From a virus (lineage: Duplodnaviria > Caudoviricetes), in IMG/VR virus record IMGVR_UViG_3300005326_000040, positions 1 to 64,000 of that record: a DNA stretch of 64,000 nucleotides. One strand, written 5' to 3'. Made by a program: the position numbers and the translations under genes. Positions 42,679-52,200 of the stretch are shown here, piece after piece. The first letter of the stretch is position 1, and each line of letters opens with the position of its first letter. Below the pieces are notes generated by a model. It was not told the DNA's origin. It was given only the letters and a program-made list of their open reading frames with translations, and did no database searches.

Positions 42679-43451
42679 TGATTGTACTTAAAGATGTTGT
42701 TTTGACCTTTGTGAAAGAATGGCTTGAGGGACAGAGATCGCTTCATAAGAAGAATAGTTTTATTGTACCCATAACGAACGGAGTAGACTCTGTTGTTTGT
42801 GCATCTTTGATTGCTGATATGCGGGCAAATCAAAAGATATGTTTTGTGAATTTAGGGTTCAACCAAAAGAACGAAGAAGTTTTTAGAGCTTGGATTGAAA
42901 AAAAATATGGCGTTGATAATTTCGTGTTTTACTATCTTCCGTTAGAAGGACTAAATCATCTACGCGATGTTGGTTTATCTGAGTCTGAAGCCCGTAAATC
43001 TTTGATGTCTTCTTGGTTGGACGCTTTAGCAGGTCAACACCAAGGGTTAGTAGTTTCTCCCACTACTCGAAATGAATATCGAATGGTGAAAAGTATTTCT
43101 CGTGATTATTTTGATGTTTACCCTTTGATTGATTTGCACAGAAGTGAAGTTATAGAGTTGGGAGAGTTCATTGGTTTACCGGTTGAACTATTGAAGTCTG
43201 ATAGTAAGTTTGAAAAGGATTTTGGCGTTACTTTCGCGGAGCTTGAATGGCTTGACAGGGAGAATGAAAACACAGGCATTATTTCTTCTCCAACATTACC
43301 GACTCAATCTCGTTACTGGGGAATGTATGATGGGCGCAGAAAAGAAATTATCAGTAAAGTTTATTCTAAAAACAAGAACAATGCCCACATTGTCCTACCT
43401 GAGAAAAAAATGTGTATGATTCGTTCGGCATTACCTGGAGTTACAAGCTAG
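42666..43451 (+). CDS. NAD+ synthetase (NadE)-like protein with degenerate catalytic motifs
   Basis: FIVPITNGVDSVVCASL (cf. VVGLSGGIDSAV), VVSPTTRNE (cf. LGTGNKSE), YPLIDLHRSEVIELGEFIGLP (cf. NPIADLYKTQV..LA..LGVP), DFGVTFAELEWLD. Confidence 0.65.
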   Translation: MERLMIVLKDVVLTFVKEWLEGQRSLHKKNSFIVPITNGVDSVVCASLIADMRANQKICFVNLGFNQKNEEVFRAWIEKKYGVDNFVFYYLPLEGLNHLRDVGLSESEARKSLMSSWLDALAGQHQGLVVSPTTRNEYRMVKSISRDYFDVYPLIDLHRSEVIELGEFIGLPVELLKSDSKFEKDFGVTFAELEWLDRENENTGIISSPTLPTQSRYWGMYDGRRKEIISKVYSKNKNNAHIVLPEKKMCMIRSALPGVTS

Positions 43452-43462
43452 GTTGATATATA

Positions 43463-43680
43463 GTCTTTTGTCGGTGCAAACAAAACCGGCAGGAGACTGA
43501 TTTGAAATGTTCACTGAAAGAAAGAATTATAACACCCGAGGCGCAGGTTCGCGCACCCTGAAGGGGGGTGATATAGTTCAATAAAAAAAGCTTGTCTTGC
43601 TCCCCAGCGAAGCAATCTCAAACACGAATGAGCTTTGATGAGAGATTCTGTGGCAACACATCGCTGGAACGACAGACAAC
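43463..43680 (+). ncRNA. Candidate structured non-coding RNA or regulatory leader
   Basis: 13-bp hairpin 43463-43497; branched stem GAATTATA-CACCC/GGGTG-TATAGTTC 43524-43579; branched domain TTGTCT..CCAGCGA/TCGCTGG..AGACAA with AATCTC/GAGATT and a TGTG-GCAA-CACA tetraloop. Preceded by GATATATAG and followed by a terminator. Confidence 0.5.
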
Positions 43681-43683
43681 CAT

Positions 43684-43720
43684 AAAAAGCCCGGCCGGAA
43701 ACGGTTGGGCTTTTTGCTTT
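43684..43720. terminator. Rho-independent terminator (bidirectional-type)
   Basis: AAAAAGCCCGGCCG-GAAA-CGGTTGGGCTTTTTGCTTT. Confidence 0.85.
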
Positions 43721-43757
43721 CTAGGTTTAGAAGAATTGATATATAGTTGAACCAAGA

Positions 43758-44147
43758 ATGTCTCATTATATCTATGAAGTGACAAGTAAAGAACGTAAGC
43801 AATGGGCTTTCGAAGAAATTAGATGTGCTGCCATAGGTTGGTTCAGTCGTTGTAGTTTTTGGAATGAAGCTTGTAAGGATGTTGAAGGGCGCGGCTTTCA
43901 ACCGGAAACATATGAATATTATTTGGAAATTTACAAGCTTTGTATGCTTTGGGAAATGGATGAACAGATATTTCGTTATATGGATTTTGGAACAGACCGC
44001 ACAGATAACGAAGAAAAAATAGAAATAGGAGCAACAAGGAAAGAAAAAGAAGAAATAGGCATTACTGAACCACCTTCTGTAATTGAATCGCCGTATGATG
44101 GTTCTCAGCTTCGTCGGCGGTACTGGAAAAAGGTTACCGAGATTTAG
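43758..44147 (+). CDS. Hypothetical protein
   Basis: ORF track; GATATATAG 11 nt upstream. Confidence 0.6.
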   Translation: MSHYIYEVTSKERKQWAFEEIRCAAIGWFSRCSFWNEACKDVEGRGFQPETYEYYLEIYKLCMLWEMDEQIFRYMDFGTDRTDNEEKIEIGATRKEKEEIGITEPPSVIESPYDGSQLRRRYWKKVTEI

Positions 44148-44158
44148 ATGGCATATAA

Positions 44159-44782
44159 TTGAATCAATATATGGATGCATGTCTTTTTGGTATAACAGGC
44201 GGGATTGCAAGCGGTAAAACAACCGTATGCAAGATGTTGCAGCAAAAAGGTTTACCCATTATTAGTTTGGAAGTTCTTTTATCAAACACTATTCGTCCAG
44301 GTTCCATTTATCATAAGAAGATAATTGATCTATTGGGAGAAGATCTTTTATCTGTAAATGGCACAATTGATTTGCTAAAATTAAGTTTGCGTATGTGTGA
44401 GGCTGGTTGGATAGCTGAAAATGTTAATGATATTCTTGAGGATGGCATCGACGACAGCATAAAGAAAATTCAATTGATTTTAGCTAATACTAAAACTAGT
44501 ATTGCTGGGATTGAAGGAAAAGAAATTTTAGGCTCAAGGATATCTGCTTATATGAAAAAGGTCGTGCTCGTTACCTGTCCTGATAAAATCAGAATTGAAA
44601 GGTTGGTTGAACGAAGCAGCATGAGTCGTGTAACAGCTATAAAAGCCGTCACAAATGATTCATACTTAAATGCTTTTAGGTTTGCAGATTTTTCAATCAA
44701 CAATTCGGCGGGCATCGATGAGCTTTCGAATAATGTAGAGTGTATGTTAGAAAAACTTCTAAACAGTCTTAAACTGGTTTGA
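44159..44782 (+). CDS. Dephospho-CoA kinase (CoaE)-like P-loop kinase, divergent
   Basis: FGITGGIASGKTTV, VTCPDKIRIERLVERS, ADFSINNSAG; the canonical DAD and HP motifs are not conserved. Confidence 0.75.
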   Translation: MNQYMDACLFGITGGIASGKTTVCKMLQQKGLPIISLEVLLSNTIRPGSIYHKKIIDLLGEDLLSVNGTIDLLKLSLRMCEAGWIAENVNDILEDGIDDSIKKIQLILANTKTSIAGIEGKEILGSRISAYMKKVVLVTCPDKIRIERLVERSSMSRVTAIKAVTNDSYLNAFRFADFSINNSAGIDELSNNVECMLEKLLNSLKLV

Positions 44783-44848
44783 GAAACGATATATAAACCG
44801 ATAACAACCAACTAGGCGTTAACATTCAGAAAAAAGGTAAGAACAAAA

Positions 44849-45127
44849 ATGGTACGAAAAGCTGTTAGAACGGATATCAAGGAATTGGTTTTTAGTCGTC
44901 TGGATGCAATCCTGGCAAAGCCCAGGACCAGCGCACATTCACCTCTAGCCTTGGTTGAGGTTGTGTACGCTCTTCTGTTCTGCGTATATGAAGACCGCAG
45001 ATACGAGCGTTATATGAACGAAGAGTATCCGGGCGCCAAGGCTTGGTATTTTGATGAGAGTCTTGACTTCCAGATTGTGACAACGCGGCTACAGAAGTTG
45101 GTAACCAGATTAGCTGAAGAAGACTAA
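44849..45127 (+). CDS. Hypothetical protein
   Basis: ORF track. Confidence 0.55.
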   Translation: MVRKAVRTDIKELVFSRLDAILAKPRTSAHSPLALVEVVYALLFCVYEDRRYERYMNEEYPGAKAWYFDESLDFQIVTTRLQKLVTRLAEED

Positions 45128-45145
45128 AAAGTATTTAAGGTAATT

Positions 45146-45688
45146 ATGCCGGAAAAAAAGAAAAAAGCTGCTTCAACATCGAAGATAAAGAATTGGGAAA
45201 TTAAATTTCCGGTTCCGTTGGTTCTTGATTCTACAATCAGTGACGAATCACTTATTGCTGAGTTAGCGGCTGTGGAAACTGAAACTGAAATTAACAACGT
45301 TTTCAATAACGCAATTGAATTAGCCAAAGACGGTCACGTTGTTACTTGTTCGAAGCCTCGGCTTTTCAAACTCATTGAAGCCGCGCTCGAAGAAGCCGTT
45401 AATGAACCTGGGCTTCTCATCGAAATTCAAGAATGGGAAGATATGTTTCTTATTCTTGTAAAGGATGAGAAAGAGAATGTCATTGGCAGAGGTCAAATTA
45501 CTGAGGTTGGTCAAAAAGTTGACCCCGAAGTTTTCAAGAAAAAGTTTACACAAAATCTTGTTGATTTCAAAAAACGGTTTGATTTTGGTCAACAAAGAAT
45601 GACTAATTTGACATATAAGCTAAAGACGCTCCGAAATGGTATGTTTAATAACATGGCCAGCAAAGGAACACCAGAAATTGTAAATTAA
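45146..45688 (+). CDS. Hypothetical protein
   Basis: ORF track. Confidence 0.65.
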   Translation: MPEKKKKAASTSKIKNWEIKFPVPLVLDSTISDESLIAELAAVETETEINNVFNNAIELAKDGHVVTCSKPRLFKLIEAALEEAVNEPGLLIEIQEWEDMFLILVKDEKENVIGRGQITEVGQKVDPEVFKKKFTQNLVDFKKRFDFGQQRMTNLTYKLKTLRNGMFNNMASKGTPEIVN

Positions 45689-45694
45689 GGACGA

Positions 45695-46150
45695 ATGTCA
45701 TTAGATAAAGAGCTTGCCTCAGATTTTCCTACAGCTGAAGATGATACTTTCAAGGCGGCGTTAGACTCCGTATCTTCAGTCACTTCTGCTATTCTCCAAA
45801 AAAATAATGATTCGTCGCCTGTGGACGATTTCGACGATTGTGACCAAGCACAAATCACTGATTTGTTTTGCAAATGTCTAGCCGATTACCGACGTGTAAT
45901 CAAGGCGTGCATTCGTGACGGCATTGAAGTCGAAAATGATACCCAGGAAATCAAGGAAGAATATGTTACATCCTCCAGTTTTCAAAAAAGGCTAGAAATT
46001 ATTGCGAGTATTCAGGAACAAATCATTTCCATGGCGGAAGCTTGTGATAATCCCCCTCGCGGAGTTGTTAGCAAATATTCAGAAGATCTTGTGTCCCGCA
46101 TTGAAAATGGAATCATTATTGATGATGGATTTGAAGTGTACGACGAATAG
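45695..46150 (+). CDS. Acidic hypothetical protein
   Basis: ORF track; RBS AAGGA. Confidence 0.65.
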   Translation: MSLDKELASDFPTAEDDTFKAALDSVSSVTSAILQKNNDSSPVDDFDDCDQAQITDLFCKCLADYRRVIKACIRDGIEVENDTQEIKEEYVTSSSFQKRLEIIASIQEQIISMAEACDNPPRGVVSKYSEDLVSRIENGIIIDDGFEVYDE

Positions 46151-46221
46151 TGTACACAAGCTAATAATCCAGCATTCCATTAGAATTTTCGCAACCTAAT
46201 ACAGTTAAACACAAAGGCTAT

Positions 46222-49200
46222 ATGGAATTCAACAAATCGGTTGAAAATATTCTTACCGTCGCTCGTTCATACTCAACCCTAGTAAAAATTGCTTCCGAAC
46301 AAAGTCGGCAGGTTTTTAGTGTTGTTGATTCTATTTTGGATATTCCATATGACGCAGCTGCCAGGATTCATTCTAGACTTAGTTCCTTCGCACAATATGG
46401 CGGCGGGAATCGTTTGTATGGTATTTTGGATACGGTCCCTCCTACAGGCGCAGAGCTTCTTCCTATGGAAGACCAGCCTTTCACGGTTATAGATTCTTTC
46501 GCTAAGAAACATCCAATTACACATGAAGAGGGTGATGACCGCTTCAAGCTAGTGCTATATGACGATGGGATTCAATATCCTATGGTTTTGGTTAGTTCCA
46601 GTGAAGGAACCGAGATTCGATATCTTGACACTTCGTTCTTTGATCTTGAAGACTTTTATGAGAAAACAAAGAAGAAAGCAGAAGAAGATTTACCAGCAGC
46701 AATAGCCCAAATCAATAGGGAGCGAAAAGAAAGAAATGAAGATCCTGATAGGCCGAAGAATCAGCCTCCAGAGATGCCTATTACTACAGATGAAGAAAAA
46801 CAAGAAGTATTCGATGAAGTACATGCCGCTTTAATTTCGGACAAAGTTGTTGGAAACATGTCTTCAGATTTTGATGCGCCCAATGGTTCGCTTGGACAAG
46901 TGAGCGCAGAGGCTGTCGGCAAACTTCGTGCCGTCATGCCTGAAGGCGAATCAAATGTTACCAAGATTGATTATGCTAGATATTTTAAGTATCCAGAAGA
47001 CGCTAACGTTTTCGCTCAGATTATGGCTATCAAAGACGTAACGAAGCGTCTTGCTGAGGCGGAACAATTCCTACAGAAAGTAGGAATGGTGGAAACAGAA
47101 GAAGAATTGACACTTGCTCCAGCTTGGAAGTTTGTAGAGCTTTACAACATCATCAATCCAAATTCTCCGTATTATTGGTTGGAGCGCGCTCGGTCATATG
47201 CAGAACGCGCAACAAAAGTTTGCACCCTTTACAATAAGATTTATACGTCTCTTATAGTCAATCCGCTTCGTGTTAAATTGGTTGACGCACAAAAAGTGGA
47301 CGGCAAAATTGTAAGCGCAAATGTTCTTATTAGCGACGAAAAACTTGCTTTAATCGAACGCGCTTTGCCCTCAGCTGAGGAAGACCTTGAAACCAAGATG
47401 TTTACGTATGTTCCAGATACGGAGCATAGCTATACATCTACTGTTGAATCCCCAATTCTTGCCAAAGAAGTTCGTAAGCTGAAGTCTTCTATTTACTTTA
47501 CAAAAGCTATGTTAAGTGAAGTTCACTCTGAAAAACCAGATAAATATGCTATTGCAAAGGTTGAAGGCGGCTGGAAGATTAATTCTGATATGACTCAATA
47601 TATTGAGCACATTTTCACCTATGCAGACGTAGATTTTAATTTGACGTTTGAAGCAATTGTAAAGGATCAAGGAGATTCTTTTTGGAAGATGTTTGATGAG
47701 TATGTAACAACATATGAATCTCTTATGAACGACGCTATTGCTGATGGCGTTAAGGTAAACGTCACAAATCGTGATAAGCTTTACACCAAACGCGGCCACG
47801 AACAATTAGATAAAGAAAAAGCCGCTTATGATCAGTTTGGCCGCCTGCTACAAAAGCAACATATAGTAAGAAGAGATGATAAAGCTTGGGATTTTCCATC
47901 AAATGATGAAGTTAATCCTGAAATTGTTTTGGATAGCAATGAAATCCAAAGTGAAATTGAGCCTGCACAAACTAGTCAAAAAGTAAAGCTTCTTTCCAGA
48001 GCGCTTTTAGAAAAGATTTTTATTGGGTTTGGCGACTCTGATGAATCTCGAAAAAGCTTGGAGGATATTGGGGAAGCCATTGATAACGCAAAGGTTTTTT
48101 CTTCTGACGTTAGTATGGATATAACGGTTGGAAAGCTTAACGTTGTTACCAAGAACATGCACAAGATTCTTCGGGAATATTCTGTCAATCGTTTGCGTGA
48201 AATTTTTATTGACCCAGAAGCTAACAAAGATGAAGTTGAGCGAATCAGTGCTATTACCGAATCTGGCAAAGATATGGCTGGTTTCTTCCTAGGGAAAGAC
48301 ACAGTCAAAAACGTTCTTGCGCTTGAAAGCAAAGTTGATTCTCTGGAAAATAAAAAGCAAGAGATTGAAACATATGACCCGGAAGCTCAGCAGCAGGAAA
48401 ATCAAGAAAAACTTGTAAAGGTTCAAGGGGAAATAGCTAAGTTAGACGCTGAGCTTGAGGCTGACAGTAAAGCTCATATGCTGTCTAATGAAGAAAAGAT
48501 GGCGATTAAAAAGAGGACTCAGTATTTGAAGAGCGTGGTGAAAAAACTAAACTCTGCACCAAGTCTTCCTACAATAAAGGATGTTGAAAATCAGCTTGTT
48601 TCTGCCCAGAAGAAGCTGGATGATTATTTGAGCGCTGTTGAAGCAGAGATTCCAAGTAAAATTGCAACGCATGTTTACTTCCAATTGAAAGAAAAGGTAA
48701 TGGAGTTGGGTTACCTTACTACATGGAGTGATACTGTTCGGCGTGAAACTAGACAGAAGATTGTTGAGGCTATTTCTGAGATTTTTGCAAAACAACCGGA
48801 GCTAGCAAAACAAATCGTTAGAGAATGTTTGGACAACAAAACTCACGGATATAAGTTCAGCGAAGCTAAGGTTAATAAGTTTTTCATTGAGCCGCTGAAA
48901 GCAAAATATCCAAACTTGAAGAAAGCTTGGAGCGGACAAATCAGCGAAGAAGACCAAGAACTGTATCGTCAGAACCAAGAGGTTTTAGGTAAGATTATAT
49001 TCATGACTGATGTTTCTGGACAAGAAGATACTGATGACACAGATGATCTTGGTAACGCTTTGTCTCCTGCCCAGCTTACAGAAGAAATGACGCAAGAATT
49101 GGTTGCAAATACAGCCCAAAATCTTCATGCGTTCGATTCTATTCTCATCAATTACATTAGATATTTCGCTAAGGGCCAGAAATATAATCAAGCCATTACA

Positions 49201-52200
49201 ACGCTTCATAACTCTAAAGCAAACTTCCGTAACCCACAAGAGTTTTTGGAGCAATATGAAGCTATAACTGAAAACTTCGTTATTTATGTAGCCAGCGCCA
49301 TTGAAAGAAACTTACGGCAGTCTACTGAGTTCAATGAGCGAATCAAGGAACAGTCGCCAAGAATTTGGGCTTACATGTATCCTGATAAGCAGGCGCAAGA
49401 AGAAGAGCCAGAACTTCCAGACGAGATGAAGGAAATGTATCTTGTCGAAAAAGAAAACAATCAAAAGAAAGTCTGGTCTTATATTCGAACCCGAATTGAA
49501 GAGCTTGTAGCTATCTACAATCAAACACTTGAAGGCTACGATGATGAAGATTTTACTTCTGCTAATCCAGCAAGAGATTTGGTTAAAAGGCTTTCAGTAC
49601 TAAAAGTCAGGCCAAAAGCTATTCGTAGTATCGTATCCAAGCTTCGTAATAACCAGCGTTTACCAGAGTCTAAGGTTATCGATGTAATTTCAGAAGCGCT
49701 GTCTTCTCAAAATGCTCAACCTGAAGTTGAAAGTAATTTAGAGCTTTCTCGAAACATTTTCACCGCCATGGTGGAAACTAGGTCTATGCTTGCGGACAGT
49801 AGCGGCAGGTATAGCTTAACAATTACGGATAACGATATCATCAATCCTGATGCACCAGCAAATTTCGCAGCAGATAAGGTTCTAAAAGGAACAGGCACAA
49901 CAGAAGGTATGTTGCTTAATATCCTTGAGCCAATTACAGCTGTTGACCCAGAGTTACTAAAACGCACTGTTCATACAATAGGTCGCGCTAGAACTATCAG
50001 CCGACCAATGGATAATACTCAGGAAAAACTTATCAACTCTATCATCGAGGAATTTGTCAAGTTTGATAAGCAGCTGTCAAATTATAGAAGCGCGGCTATC
50101 TATAAGCTTTACAAAGAACGAGAGGACGTAGAAGCACAAAAAGGACAGCATGTCTTTACCCCTGAAGAGATAAAGGGGGAAGTGTTGAAGATGATAGCAG
50201 ACAATGGTTCAACTTCTATTCTGTCTTCGCTTTTGCCGAATGCTGGAAGCAACTCTTTGAAAGATATTATGGCAGCGTATGCTGGAGAAAGATTGGATTT
50301 AATTAGCCGATTTGAAGAGCATGCTAACTTCATGTTCTCTAAGAGGAAGCGTGAGATTAAAGACGAAGAAGGAAACGTTGTTTCAGTAGAAGACGTTGAG
50401 CCTACTTTCCCTCTTACAGATAGATTTGCATTGGTGCCTACAGAAGGTATCATCGATAAGATTTATCAAGTAATCCCTGATAAAGAAGGGTTAATTGAAA
50501 ACGGCATGACGGATATTCAAATTAAGAAGATGATCAAGCGTAAACTTGAACTCCTTAACTTGAGTAACCGGTTGATTGAGCGAGATGAATCTGGGAAGTA
50601 TAAGGATACTGAGTATACCACTCCTCCCAAATATTCCAATCCTGGGCTTAAAGACCCACAGTATTTCGAGCATATTTCTAGACCATATATGATTAAGCAG
50701 AAAGAAAATATGGCTAGATTGGATACCTTGTTTGCTAGCGAAGAAAAGATTAACTGCTCAATGATGGTAAATATCTTTTACCATTTGGAAGCTAAATACA
50801 TTTGCCCAATGGGCAGGAAGCTAGCTGACAACAACGCAAACGACGAAGCTGTAGTAAACGCTGCAAATAAATTGTTTGCGCATCCGTCAGTTCGTGTGTA
50901 CCAAAAATCAATTGGCGAAAGTGCGTTACAAGCGTATATCGTCAAGAGACTTGAGGCAATTAGAAATGGCGAAAGTCATTCAACCGAATTTGTTGTTAAT
51001 AACATTACGTTGGTTGACGCCGTTGTTGATTCTTCAATTCGCTTGGTAGCAAGCATTCGTGAAAACGAAAAACAAAAGCGCGCACAAAAGGGAACGCAAG
51101 ATTTCGCAGAATATGAAGCTAATGCGCGTGAGGTTGCTGATACTTCTTTTGATGACCATGACATTGATAGGGCAGAAGACGCCTTGAATGAACAGCAAAG
51201 CATCATTGAGCAGAATCAGAGAATCATGGATCAGCCCGTGGACCCAGCAGCCATAAAGGATATGGTTGTATACCTGATTAGCTCTCGCACAAATCAGAGT
51301 TTGAATTTTGCAGCCAGAAGTTTTCTTGAAGAAAAGAAGCTGCAAGATAAGGTGGAGTCTGCTAAGATTTTCAAGACTCTACCAATTGTATTCGACAATA
51401 AGGTTTCTTATATTGATGTTGAAGCTCCTCCTGACCCAACCAAACCAGACGCCAAGAAAAGGATAATTAAGGAACCAGTATATGATAGCCCTCTATATGG
51501 AACGAAGGGTAGTCCAATCGTTATTAGATTGGCTGTCAAGCAGCTTGTTGTTGGGGGCGAAGATAAAGGTACACCTAAGGGCGTTCCCCTAGAGTATTTG
51601 AACTACTTCAACAACGCAAGCAATGCTAACGTCAATTCTTGGCAGGATATTCAATCGCAACAAGAAGAAAAACCAAATGACGTTCAACAAGGGTTGCTTG
51701 AAAAATATAATCCCAAAGGAATTCAACGGCTAAAGCAGCTTTCTAATATGATTGGCCGACAAATCTGGGGAACATTAAATCGTAACGATTACTTCTATGT
51801 TCGGTTAGTTCCATTTGAATATGGAGGCAAAGTGCCTAGCCTAGAAGGACCAGACGTGCAGGATTTAGAGCAGTCTGCTCCTGATGATATCGTATTGTAT
51901 ATGAAGGCTTACGTTCAAGATGCTCTTTCAGCTTTTACCAGAAATGGTAAGGTTTATATGGATGCGGTTCTTACTGGAACGCAGCTAGCACAAGTGAAAG
52001 CTGCTTTCAAGAAAGCGGCATCGATGGAGACAATGTTCTTATCCACCGAACGAAAGAGACGCATGTTGATGGAAGTTCAACAGGAAGCTGGTCAAAAGCT
52101 AGTGCAGGAAGAAAACGAAAAGGCTGCGCTCAAAGAAGAAGACGAGAAGCTTCTACAGCAGGCACAAGAGCAATTCATTGGCTGGTATCATATGGAATTG

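Noticed and set aside
43600-43680. Hammerhead ribozyme (TTGATGAG resembles CUGAUGA)
   Set aside because: No stem II closed by GAAA in the required position and no matching cleavage triplet geometry.
43758-44147. Nucleoside deoxyribosyltransferase-like domain (VIESPY motif)
   Set aside because: The motif occurs only 20 aa from the C-terminus, leaving no room for the fold.
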